NCBI GenBank assembly: GCA_963770835.1
Contig: CAVYRH010000019.1
Location: 288,001-352,000 of the forward strand
Length of the DNA: 64,000 bases
Direction: 5' to 3'
Source of the DNA: an uncultured Pseudomonadota bacterium
GTDB taxonomy: Bacteria; Oederibacteriota; Muellerivitia; Muellerivitales; Muellerivitaceae
Shown here: one piece after another, positions 21,364 to 30,148 of the stretch
Layout: each line of letters starts with the position of its first letter
Position numbering within the stretch: position 1 is the first letter of the stretch
Program-made: the position numbers and the translations under genes
Notes under the pieces: model-generated
Told to the model about the DNA's origin: nothing
The model's database searches: none
Seen by the model: only the letters and a program-made list of their open reading frames with translations

Positions 21364-22293
21364 TCAGTTTTTTAATCTTTTTCTCTCATACATGAGCCGG
21401 TCGGCCCTCTCCATCAAGTCCCCGATGGAACAGGGGGAGGACGGATCGTAAAGCGCGATTCCCAGGCTGACCGAAAGCTTGAAATCCCCGCCCCGGTAGG
21501 AGTTATGGTCATCGAGGGTGTTTTGAAACCGCTCGAGCGCGGACGCCGCGTGGGTTTCCGCGTTGCCGACCAGGAGGGCGACAAACTCGTCCCCGCTCAA
21601 GCGGGCCAGGATGTCCGTCTCCCGGAAGGCCACCCGCAGGACATGGGCCGTTTCCATGAGCGCCAGGTCGCCCCGGTGGTGCCCGAATCGGTCGTTGATG
21701 GATTTCAACCCGTCCACGTCGGCGAACACCAGCAGCAAGGATTGTTTCGACCGGTCGGCCATTTTGAGCTGCTGCTCGGACAGGGTCAGGAACCCGCGCC
21801 GGTTATAAAGGCCGGTCAATTCATCGATGATGTAAAAAGACCGCATTTCCTCCAGGTGCCTTTGGCGCCCGATGGCGTAACGCATGGAACGGCCCAGCAA
21901 ATAACTGTCGATATCGCTTTTGACCAGGCAGTCCTGGGCCCCTTCCCGCATGACCTGGAAGGCCAGTTGGGGGTCTTCCCTTTTCGTGATAACGATGATG
22001 GGCACGCTCGGAGCCATGTGGTAGACGCCCAAAAAGACCGCCAACCCTTGGCCGTCGGGCAGGGTCAGGTCCAGGATGATGACATCCGGGAGGTTGCCGC
22101 CGATGTGTTGGTTGACGTCGGAAAGTTTTTGGACATGTTGGACCTGGATATTGGCGTCTCCGATCCCGGAAAGAACGTCCTTCCAGAAAGGCGAACCGCC
22201 GGGGTTATCCTCGGCCAGCAGGACCTTAATCTTTTGCGCATCCACAGGCCCCTCCACGGGCAAGACTGCGTTTTCCGGTTCCGCATCTTTCAT
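21364..22293 (-). CDS. Response-regulator diguanylate cyclase (REC + GGDEF)
   Basis: LLAED and ILDLTLPDG receiver motifs; DELTGLYNRR, RETD I-site, SGDEF active-site variant. Confidence 0.9.
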   Translation of the reverse strand: MKDAEPENAVLPVEGPVDAQKIKVLLAEDNPGGSPFWKDVLSGIGDANIQVQHVQKLSDVNQHIGGNLPDVIILDLTLPDGQGLAVFLGVYHMAPSVPIIVITKREDPQLAFQVMREGAQDCLVKSDIDSYLLGRSMRYAIGRQRHLEEMRSFYIIDELTGLYNRRGFLTLSEQQLKMADRSKQSLLLVFADVDGLKSINDRFGHHRGDLALMETAHVLRVAFRETDILARLSGDEFVALLVGNAETHAASALERFQNTLDDHNSYRGGDFKLSVSLGIALYDPSSPCSIGDLMERADRLMYERKRLKN

Positions 22294-22388
22294 TATACCT
22301 AAGCTAAGGTTTCGCCAATGCGGGACCCATAACGGGGTGGTAGTTGGCTTGATTTCAGCTAACCATGCTTGGCCATGAGGGCCAAGTA

Positions 22389-22471
22389 CAATTCAAACTC
22401 ACAAAAAAACTCAGTTTTTGGATCGCTTTAGTTTGCTTCCTCGGTCAAGAATCGGCCTCCCCGCAATGACA
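22389..22471. repeat. Truncated right-half copy of the 7874-7997 palindromic repeat
   Basis: CAGTTTTTGGATCGCTTTAGTTTGCTTCCTCGGTCAAGAATCGGCCTCCCCGCAATGAC aligns to about 7939-7997. Confidence 0.7.
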
Positions 22472-22660
22472 GCTATAGACGTTTTTAAAGTACTTCTTCA
22501 AGTTTCGGACTCCATCCCCTCCATTGACCAAGAATATCCCCGCGCCTCAAAAACTCCTTTTTCCGATACCCGAATTTCACAGGAATTTGGGTATTAGCGG
22601 CTGCATGAGAAGGTGATTACTTTCGTTTTGGGGCATGCCGCTAAGTTAAATCCTTTTTTA

Positions 22661-22676
22661 TATGACCCGCGTCATG
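22661..22676 (+). promoter_or_regulatory. TATGA-N6-TCATA-type site upstream of hoxE
   Basis: TATGACCCGCGTCATG (1 mismatch), 77 nt before the start. Confidence 0.6.
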
Positions 22677-22753
22677 CAAAAAAATCCAAAAAACCCGCAT
22701 AAGTAATGCGTCGGCAAGAAAGCGCCTCATTCATTGCCAAGGAAGGAAATACC

Positions 22754-23266
22754 ATGATTCCTGCAACCGCCAGCCCAACGGCTGAGATCAAGAAAAGCGA
22801 CCCGCGCATCAAGCGCATCCTGGCCGTGATGAACGTCCAGGGCCGCAAGCCCGATTCGCTCATCCAGGTGCTCCACGCCACCCAGGAGCTCTTCGGCTAC
22901 CTGCCCAAACCGGTGATCGAGTTCATCGCCAAGGAACTGCGCATCCCCGCTTCCCGGGTCTACGGCGTGGTCACCTTCTACCACTTCTTCTCGTTGAAAC
23001 CCCAGGGCGAGCACAGCTGCGTGGTTTGCATGGGGACGGCTTGTTACGTGAAGGGCGCCCATCTCTTGATCGAGCAGATCGAGAAGGAATTCGGCGTCAA
23101 GCCGGGCGAAGTCACCAAGGACAACAAACTGGGCGTTCAGATCGCTCGCTGCATCGGATCCTGCGGCATGGCCCCGGCGGTGGTGATGGACGGCGAGGTT
23201 TTCGCCCGGGTAAAACCGGAGGAAATCGTGCCGAAGGTCAAAGCCAAAATGGGGGTAACAGCATGA
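22754..23266 (+). CDS. hoxE: Bidirectional hydrogenase diaphorase subunit HoxE (NuoE-like)
   Basis: VYGVVTFYHFF, CMGTAC and CIGSCG [2Fe-2S] ligands; first gene of the hox operon. Confidence 0.9.
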   Translation: MIPATASPTAEIKKSDPRIKRILAVMNVQGRKPDSLIQVLHATQELFGYLPKPVIEFIAKELRIPASRVYGVVTFYHFFSLKPQGEHSCVVCMGTACYVKGAHLLIEQIEKEFGVKPGEVTKDNKLGVQIARCIGSCGMAPAVVMDGEVFARVKPEEIVPKVKAKMGVTA

Positions 23267-24948
23267 ATTCGGACGCATTGAAGGAACTGCGGGAAAAACT
23301 GAAGGCCGAGCGTAACGCCAAGCCGAAGAAGGTCTGCGTCTGCATGGGCGCGGGGTGCATTTCTTCCGGCTCCATGCACACCCTGGAGAAGACCAAGGCG
23401 GCGGTCAAGGACGCCAACCTGACGGACGTGGAAGTCAAATCCGTCGGCTGCATGGGCGCCTGCAATCAGGGCCCCCTGGTGCAAATGATGCCCGAGGACG
23501 TGATGTACCAGAAAGTCAGCGGGGACGACGCGGCCAAGCTGGTCACCTCCCACCTGAAGGACCACAAGACGGTCGAAAAGATGCTGATCTTCTCGGACCA
23601 AAAGGCCAACGTGCCGCTCAAGTCCCAGGAAAATTCCTTCTTTAAAAAGCAGCGCAAGATCGTGCTGGAAAACTGCGGCGTCGTGGATCCCGAAAGCATC
23701 GAGGACTATATCTCCATCGGCGGCTACACCGCCCTCCAGAAGGCCTTGACCCAAATGTCGCGGGAAGAGGTCATCGGCGAGGTCAAGCAAAGCGGCATCC
23801 GCGGGCGCGGCGGCGCGGGTTTCCCCACCGGCACCAAGTGGGAAATGTCCTATAAGTTCGTGGGTGAGAGCAAATACCTGGTCTGTAACGGCGACGAGGG
23901 GGACCCCGGCGCCTTCATGGACCGCTCGGTTTTGGAAAGCGACCCCCACCGGGTTTTGGAAGGCATGATCCTGGGCGGCTACGCTGTCGGCGCCAACAAG
24001 GGCTTCGCTTACATAAGAGGGGAATACCCCCTCGCCATCTCGCGCTTCACCACCGCCATCCAAAAGGCCAAGAAGCTGGGCCTTTTGGGTAAGAACATCC
24101 TGGAGACCCAATTCTCCTTCGACGTGGAAATCCGCATCGGGGCCGGCGCCTTCGTCTGCGGCGAGGAAACGGCGCTCTTGGCCTCCATCGAAGGCAAGCG
24201 CGGAACCCCCCGCCCCCGGCCGCCCTTTCCGGCGGAAAAGGGGGTTTGGGGCATGCCCACCCTGATTAATAACGTAGAAACCTTCGCCAATATCGCCCCC
24301 ATTGTCGAACGGGGCGGCGAATGGTACGCCGCCATCGGCACTCCCAAGAGCACGGGCACCAAGGTTTTCGCGCTCTCGGGCCGCATCCTGAACACCGGCC
24401 TGGTGGAAATCCCGGTCGGGACCACCCTTCGCGACGTCATCTTCGAGATCGGCGGAGGCATCCCGGGCGGCAAGAAATTCAAGGCGGCCCAGACCGGCGG
24501 CCCCTCGGGCGGCTGTATCCCCGAGGCGCACCTGGACACGGCCTTGGATTACGAGGCCCTGGTGAAGCTGGGTTCCATCATGGGATCGGGGGGATTGATC
24601 GTCATGGATGAGACCTCCTGCATGCCCGACGTGGCCCGCTACTTCATGGAGTTCTGCATGGACGAGTCCTGCGGCAAGTGCATTCCCTGCCGCGTGGGCA
24701 CCAAGCAGATGCACCTGCTTTTGACCAAGATCTGCACCTTCCAGGCCACCGAGCGGGACTTGGAACTGCTGGAATCCCTGGCCCCCATGGTCAAGGAAAC
24801 CAGCCTTTGCGGGCTGGGCATGAGCGCCCCGAACCCGCTGCTTTCCACCCTGCGTTACTTCCGGGACGAGTACATCGCCCACGTGAAGGAGAAACGCTGC
24901 CCCTCCGGCGTCTGCAAGCCGGCCAAATCCTTAGTGGAGGTGCGCTGA
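23263..24948 (+). CDS. hoxF: Diaphorase subunit HoxF (NuoF-like, FMN/NAD-binding)
   Basis: GRGGAGFPTG, GAGAFVCGEET, SCGKCIPCRVG...CGLG; ATGA overlap with hoxE. Confidence 0.93.
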   Translation: MNSDALKELREKLKAERNAKPKKVCVCMGAGCISSGSMHTLEKTKAAVKDANLTDVEVKSVGCMGACNQGPLVQMMPEDVMYQKVSGDDAAKLVTSHLKDHKTVEKMLIFSDQKANVPLKSQENSFFKKQRKIVLENCGVVDPESIEDYISIGGYTALQKALTQMSREEVIGEVKQSGIRGRGGAGFPTGTKWEMSYKFVGESKYLVCNGDEGDPGAFMDRSVLESDPHRVLEGMILGGYAVGANKGFAYIRGEYPLAISRFTTAIQKAKKLGLLGKNILETQFSFDVEIRIGAGAFVCGEETALLASIEGKRGTPRPRPPFPAEKGVWGMPTLINNVETFANIAPIVERGGEWYAAIGTPKSTGTKVFALSGRILNTGLVEIPVGTTLRDVIFEIGGGIPGGKKFKAAQTGGPSGGCIPEAHLDTALDYEALVKLGSIMGSGGLIVMDETSCMPDVARYFMEFCMDESCGKCIPCRVGTKQMHLLLTKICTFQATERDLELLESLAPMVKETSLCGLGMSAPNPLLSTLRYFRDEYIAHVKEKRCPSGVCKPAKSLVEVR

Positions 24949-25655
24949 TGGGAACCCCCTTTACCTTGACGATTGACGGGAAGGACGTCCAGGCCGAACC
25001 GGGACAGTCGCTGTTGGACGTGTGCCGGAAGAACGAGATTCCCATTCCCACCCTCTGCCACATGGACGGCCTCTCCGAGGTCGGCGCCTGTAGGCTCTGC
25101 CTGGTAGAAATGGAAGGCACCCCCCGGCTTTTCCCCACCTGCGTGACCATGGCCGCGCCGGGCCAGAAGGTGCATACCAACACCGATAGGCTCCAGAAGC
25201 ACCGCCGCACCATCGTGGAGCTGCTCTTTTCCGAGCGCAACCACATCTGTTCCGTCTGCGTGGCCAATAAGAACTGCGAATTGCAGGATTTGGCCAAGTC
25301 GGTCGGGATGGAGCACGTGCGGCTTCCCTACCTGATGCCCGTGGTGGAAGTGGACGCTTCCCACCCCAAATACGTCATCGACCACAACCGCTGCGTGATG
25401 TGCACCCGCTGCGTGAGGGTCTGCGACGAAGTGGAGGGCGCCCAAGTTTGGGACGTCATGAGCCGCGGATTCAACTCCCGCATCATCTCGGGGTTCCACG
25501 ACCCCTGGGCCTCTTCCGACGCCTGCACCTGGTGCGGCAAATGCGTGATGGTGTGCCCCGTGGGGGCGCTGTGGCCCAAGGATGCGGCCCAAGGCAAGCT
25601 GTTGAAGCATCCGGACCTGGTCTCGGGTTTGGTCCAGAAAAGGAAAGAAAAATGA
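24948..25655 (+). CDS. hoxU: Diaphorase Fe-S subunit HoxU
   Basis: IPTLC..GACRLC, HICSVC, CVMCTRCVRVC, CTWCGKCVMVCP; TGATG overlap. Confidence 0.93.
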   Translation: MGTPFTLTIDGKDVQAEPGQSLLDVCRKNEIPIPTLCHMDGLSEVGACRLCLVEMEGTPRLFPTCVTMAAPGQKVHTNTDRLQKHRRTIVELLFSERNHICSVCVANKNCELQDLAKSVGMEHVRLPYLMPVVEVDASHPKYVIDHNRCVMCTRCVRVCDEVEGAQVWDVMSRGFNSRIISGFHDPWASSDACTWCGKCVMVCPVGALWPKDAAQGKLLKHPDLVSGLVQKRKEK

Positions 25656-26200
25656 GCAAGAAAAAGATCGCAACCGTTTGGCTGGCCGGCTGTTCCGGCT
25701 GCCATATGTCCCTCCTGGACATCGACGAGCGCCTGTTGGACGTGGTGGCCCTGGCCGACATCGTGAAAAGCCCGGTGGTGGACGGAAAAAACCTTCCCGA
25801 CGTGGATGTCACCCTGGTGGAAGGCGCTGTCTCCAGCGAGGAGCACGTGGAGGAATTGAAACACATCCGCGCCAAGAGCAAGTTCGTCGTGGCCTTTGGC
25901 GACTGCGCGGTGACGGCCAATGTGGCGTCGCTACGGAACCTGGTGGGGACCGAAGTAGCCTTGAAAAAGGCCTATGTGGAGCTGCCTTCCAACGTGCCCG
26001 GCAAGCTGCCGCCGGGCGACGGTAGCAAGGGGGTGTCGGTGCTTTTGCCGAGGGTGATGCCCCTGCACGAAGTGATCAAGATTGACTATTACATCCCCGG
26101 GTGCCCGCCGGACGCGGATAGGATTTTCGACATCCTTCTGGCGCTTTTGACCGACAAGACACCGGATCTCTCCAACGAAAGGAAGGCCTCCTATGGCTGA
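25652..26200 (+). CDS. hoxY: [NiFe]-hydrogenase small subunit HoxY
   Basis: WLAGCSGCHMS, GDCA and PGCPP; ATGA overlap. Confidence 0.93.
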   Translation: MSKKKIATVWLAGCSGCHMSLLDIDERLLDVVALADIVKSPVVDGKNLPDVDVTLVEGAVSSEEHVEELKHIRAKSKFVVAFGDCAVTANVASLRNLVGTEVALKKAYVELPSNVPGKLPPGDGSKGVSVLLPRVMPLHEVIKIDYYIPGCPPDADRIFDILLALLTDKTPDLSNERKASYG

Positions 26201-27626
26201 TCTCAAAGTCATCAAAATCAACCCCGTGACCCGCATCGAGGGCCACGCCAAGATTTCCCTCTTTTTGAACGACAAAAACGAGGTTTCGGACGCCCAGTTC
26301 CATGTGGACGAGTTCCGCGGCTTCGAGAAGTTCTGCGAGGGCCGGCTTTACACCGAGATGCCGGTCATTACGCCCCGCATCTGCGGCATCTGCCCCGTGT
26401 CCCACTCGATTGCCAGCGCCAAGGCTTGCGACGACATCCAGCGGGTAATGGTGCCCGAAACCGGCGTGAAGCTGCGCCGCCTGATCCAACTGGGCCAACT
26501 GCTCTCTTCCCACGCCTTAAGCTACTTCTACCTCTCGGCCCCCGACTTCCTTTTGGGTTGGGATTCGGACCCGGCCTTGAGGAACGTGGTGGGATTGGCC
26601 GCCAAGTTCCCTGACGTCGCCAAACGGGGCATCCGCCTGCGCAAGTTCGGGCAGGAGATCTCCCAGCACATCACGGGCAAGAAGATCCATACCAACGGCA
26701 TCATCGCCGGCGGCGTATCCGCCCCCTTGAAACCGGAAAGCCGCCAGGACTTGCTCGCCTGGGTCCCCGAAGCCATGGAGACCACCCTGATCGGCTTGAA
26801 GCTCCTCAAGGACTACATGGACGCCCACAAGGAGGAAGTGGAGAGCTTCGCGCCCGCCGAGACCCTGCATATGGGAATCGTCGGCCCCGACGGCGCCCAC
26901 GAAATGTATGACGGCAAGCTGCGCTGGGTGGGCCCGGACGGCAAGATCGTCAAGGACCAGGTCGACCCCCGGGAATACCTCACCTACATCGCCGAGATGC
27001 CGGTGGAGTACTCCTATCTGAAGTACCCCTACTACAAGCCCCTGGGCTACCCCCAGGGCATCTACCGGGTAGGCCCGCTGGCCCGCCTGAACATCGCCTC
27101 GAAGATGAAGACCCCCAAGGCCCAGAAGGAATTCGAGTCCTTCAAGAGCATCGGGAGGGGCCGCGCCGTCAACGGGACCTTCTATTACCACTACGCCCGC
27201 CTGATCGAGACCATCGCCTGCATCGAGGAGATCGAGATGCTCTTGAGCGATCCCAAAATCCTTTCCACCGACGTGCAAGCCGTGGCCGGAAGGAACCAGG
27301 AGGAAGGCGTCGGCTGCACCGAGGCCCCCCGGGGAACCCTCTTCCACCACTACAAGGTGGACAAGGGCGGCCAGTTGACCATGGTGAACCTGGTGATCGC
27401 CACCGGGCAGAACAACCCCTCCATGAACCGCTCGGTGCTGGACGTGGCCAAGCAATACGTGAAGGGCGCGGACGTGAAGGAAGGCGCCCTGAACCGCGTG
27501 GAAGCCGCCATCCGCTGCTACGACCCCTGCCTGTCCTGTTCCACCCACGCCATCGGCGCCATGCCCATGGTGGTGGAGATAAGGGACGCCAAGGGCGAAC
27601 TGGTGCGGACGATCGAAAGAAATTAA
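26193..27626 (+). CDS. hoxH: [NiFe]-hydrogenase large subunit HoxH (group 3d-type)
   Basis: TRIEGH, L1 RICGIC, L2 DPCLSCSTH plus a 25-aa cleavable tail. Confidence 0.95.
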   Translation: MADLKVIKINPVTRIEGHAKISLFLNDKNEVSDAQFHVDEFRGFEKFCEGRLYTEMPVITPRICGICPVSHSIASAKACDDIQRVMVPETGVKLRRLIQLGQLLSSHALSYFYLSAPDFLLGWDSDPALRNVVGLAAKFPDVAKRGIRLRKFGQEISQHITGKKIHTNGIIAGGVSAPLKPESRQDLLAWVPEAMETTLIGLKLLKDYMDAHKEEVESFAPAETLHMGIVGPDGAHEMYDGKLRWVGPDGKIVKDQVDPREYLTYIAEMPVEYSYLKYPYYKPLGYPQGIYRVGPLARLNIASKMKTPKAQKEFESFKSIGRGRAVNGTFYYHYARLIETIACIEEIEMLLSDPKILSTDVQAVAGRNQEEGVGCTEAPRGTLFHHYKVDKGGQLTMVNLVIATGQNNPSMNRSVLDVAKQYVKGADVKEGALNRVEAAIRCYDPCLSCSTHAIGAMPMVVEIRDAKGELVRTIERN

Positions 27627-27635
27627 GGCGTTTTC

Positions 27636-27728
27636 ACCGCCAAGGCGCCAAGACGCCAAGGTGATCGAAAAGATGTTGAAACAGACTTTTTGATTTTGCC
27701 TTTCTTGGCGTCTTAGTGCCTTGGCGGT
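27636..27728. repeat. GCCAAG-type palindromic intergenic repeat
   Basis: ACCGCCAAGGCGCCAAGACGCCAAG...CTTGGCGTCTTAGTGCCTTGGCGGT. Confidence 0.7.
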
Positions 27729-27756
27729 TTATCTTCAGTTTTGAAAGGAATAGGTT

Positions 27757-29031
27757 ATGTCCTACAACAAACTGACGGTCGAGGATTTACAGCCCTCCGG
27801 CAAGAGGGTCCTGGTCCGGGTGGATTTTAACGTTCCCCTGGATGGAAACCTCAAGATCACCGACGACACCCGCATCCGGGAATCCCTGAAAACCATCCAA
27901 TATCTCTCCCAGAAAGGCGCTAAGGTGGTGCTTTGCTCCCACCTGGGCCGGCCCAAGGGCGCGGACGAGAAGCTGCGCCTGAAGCCCGTGGCCGACCGCC
28001 TTTCCGACCTCCTGAAGAAACCCGTCAAGTCCCTCAAGGAATGCGTGGGCCACGACGTGGAAAAGGAAGTGGCGGCCATGAAGAACGGCGAGGTCCTGTT
28101 GCTGGAGAACCTGCGCTTCCATCCCGGGGAGGAAAAAAACGACCCAACCTTCGCGGCCAAGCTGGGGGCCCTGGCGGACATCTACGTGAACGACGCTTTC
28201 GGCACAGCCCACCGGGCCCATGCCTCCACCGAGGGCGTGACGAAGTTCATTCCCCAGTCGGCAGCGGGCTTCCTGATGATGAAGGAGATCCAGTACCTGG
28301 GCGGGGCGCTTTCCAACCCGGCGAGGCCCTTCGTGGCCATCATCGGGGGTGCCAAGATCTCCGGCAAGATCGACGTCATCAAGAACCTCATGAAGGTGGT
28401 GGACGTGCTCATCATCGGGGGCGGGATGTCCTACACCTTCCTGAAATCCCGGCGCTTCGAGATCGGCAAGTCCCTGGTGGAGAACGACAAGGTGGAGCTG
28501 GCCGACCAGCTCATCGCCCAGTCCGTGGATACCGACGTTCCCTTGCTCTTGCCTATCGACCACGTGATCGCGGACAAATTCGATCCCCACGCCAACGTGA
28601 AGACCGTGGCCCGGGGCGGCATCCTGCCCGATTGGGAGGGCATGGACATCGGCCCCCAAACCATCGAGAAATACGCCGAATTCATCCGCACCGGCCAGAC
28701 GATCTTCTGGAACGGCCCCGTGGGGGTCTTTGAGATGGCGCCCTTCGCCAAGGGGACTCTGGCCATCGCCAAGCTCCTGGCCGAGGCTTCGGAAAAGGGC
28801 GCGACAACCATCGTGGGCGGCGGGGATTCGGTGGCGGCGGTCACCCAGATGGGCCTGGCCCCCAAGATGACCCATATTTCCACCGGCGGCGGCGCGTCGC
28901 TGGAGTTCATGGAAGGCAAGCAGCTTCCCGGCATCCTGGCCTTGACCGACAAGAAAGTTTCCGCCCCGGCCGCGGTCTCCGCCGAGGTTGAAGCCAAGCA
29001 ACAGTTCCACTCCCAGTTCCGCAACCCCTGA
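27757..29031 (+). CDS. pgk: Phosphoglycerate kinase
   Basis: [43 protein letters not shown]. Confidence 0.98.
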   Translation: MSYNKLTVEDLQPSGKRVLVRVDFNVPLDGNLKITDDTRIRESLKTIQYLSQKGAKVVLCSHLGRPKGADEKLRLKPVADRLSDLLKKPVKSLKECVGHDVEKEVAAMKNGEVLLLENLRFHPGEEKNDPTFAAKLGALADIYVNDAFGTAHRAHASTEGVTKFIPQSAAGFLMMKEIQYLGGALSNPARPFVAIIGGAKISGKIDVIKNLMKVVDVLIIGGGMSYTFLKSRRFEIGKSLVENDKVELADQLIAQSVDTDVPLLLPIDHVIADKFDPHANVKTVARGGILPDWEGMDIGPQTIEKYAEFIRTGQTIFWNGPVGVFEMAPFAKGTLAIAKLLAEASEKGATTIVGGGDSVAAVTQMGLAPKMTHISTGGGASLEFMEGKQLPGILALTDKKVSAPAAVSAEVEAKQQFHSQFRNP

Positions 29032-29044
29032 CCTGTCCGTTTTT

Positions 29045-29083
29045 AGCCGTCATCGCGGGGAATCACTCCTCGCGATGACGGTT
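29045..29083 (+). terminator. Hairpin after pgk (terminator or minimal GTCAT(T/C)GCG repeat)
   Basis: AGCCGTCATCGCGGGGA ATCAC TCCTCGCGATGACGGTT. Confidence 0.55.
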
Positions 29084-29130
29084 TAAGCTCAGCCGGTCCC
29101 TCTGCATCACCGCCCACGAATGAAAAACTC

Positions 29131-29146
29131 TATGCGATTAATCATA
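29131..29146 (+). promoter_or_regulatory. TATGA-N6-TCATA-type site upstream of the protease-hypA-hypF unit
   Basis: TATGCGATTAATCATA (1 mismatch); TAAAAC at 29168. Confidence 0.55.
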
Positions 29147-29254
29147 AATATAGCTGGGTTTTAAAGATAAAACATGGGTATTGGGCCGCCCTGCAAGGCG
29201 GGAAATTCCGGCGAACGGTTTAAAACCCGGGACCGGTATTCGGGAGGTCGGGCA

Positions 29255-29743
29255 ATGGTTGACGCACCCAAGACTTTACTTTTAGGCCTGGGGAACGCCA
29301 CTCGCGGGGACGACGGAGCGGGTTGGGAGGTCGTGTGCTTGTTTGATTTCCTGCGCATCCCGGGACTGGAAACCCGTGTCGCCCCTCAATTGGGCCCGGA
29401 GCTCTTGGAGGAATGGGGTGGTTTCGACCGCGTGGTTTTCGTGGACGCCTCAATCGGCGAAGCGGAAGTGCGTTTGGAAAGGGTCGTGGAATCCGAAGCC
29501 ACTCCCGCCTCTTCCACCCATCATTTGAAACCCGAAACCCTTTTGCAGCTCTCCCGGGCGTTGAACACCCGTTGCCCGGAGCTTTATGTTTGCAGCGTCC
29601 CGGCCAGCAACTTTGAGTTCGGCGAACCTTTTTCCGCCACTACCCGGCGCAATATCCACCAGGCGGTCCGCCTCCTGATCCAATGGCTGACCGACGGCAA
29701 AGGTTACGTCAACACAGTGGAGGCCCAGCTGCAGCAGCCGTAA
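29255..29743 (+). CDS. hoxW: Hydrogenase maturation protease (HoxW-like)
   Basis: GLGNATRGDDGAG, VVFVDA and STHH; GGAGG RBS. Confidence 0.85.
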   Translation: MVDAPKTLLLGLGNATRGDDGAGWEVVCLFDFLRIPGLETRVAPQLGPELLEEWGGFDRVVFVDASIGEAEVRLERVVESEATPASSTHHLKPETLLQLSRALNTRCPELYVCSVPASNFEFGEPFSATTRRNIHQAVRLLIQWLTDGKGYVNTVEAQLQQP

Positions 29744-29777
29744 CAACCCGAAGGGTTGATTGTTTTGGAGGTGCGCC

Positions 29778-30122
29778 ATGCACGAGCATAAATTTACCGA
29801 TCAAATCGTCCAGTCGGTCCTGGACGAACTTCACCAGCACCCGGAGGCCAAGCCCAAAAAGGTCGAGGTCATCGTGGGCGAGGTGTTCCACTTGGAGGAG
29901 GAAAGTGTGCGGATGCACTTCAACCTTCTCACCCAAGGGACGCCCTTGGAGGACGTGGAACTGAGCCTTCAGCAGGAACCCCTGGAAGTCACCTGCCGCG
30001 ACTGCGGCGAAACCGGCCCCGTGGAGGACCACCACCTTCCCACCTGCAACGCCTGCGGCTCCCTGGAGGTCAAAACCGTCCGGGGAAACCACGTGGACGT
30101 GCGACTGATGGAAGCGCCGTAA
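29778..30122 (+). CDS. hypA: Hydrogenase nickel metallochaperone HypA
   Basis: N-terminal MHE; CRDC and CNAC Zn motifs. Confidence 0.93.
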   Translation: MHEHKFTDQIVQSVLDELHQHPEAKPKKVEVIVGEVFHLEEESVRMHFNLLTQGTPLEDVELSLQQEPLEVTCRDCGETGPVEDHHLPTCNACGSLEVKTVRGNHVDVRLMEAP

Positions 30123-30148
30123 AAGCGAAGAGCTTTTGAGGTTCTAAA

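Noticed and set aside
22754..25655. hoxEFU as complex I nuoEFG or a bifurcating [FeFe]-hydrogenase
   Set aside because: Translationally coupled to [NiFe] small and large subunits; HoxU is short with no H-cluster domain; no other nuo genes
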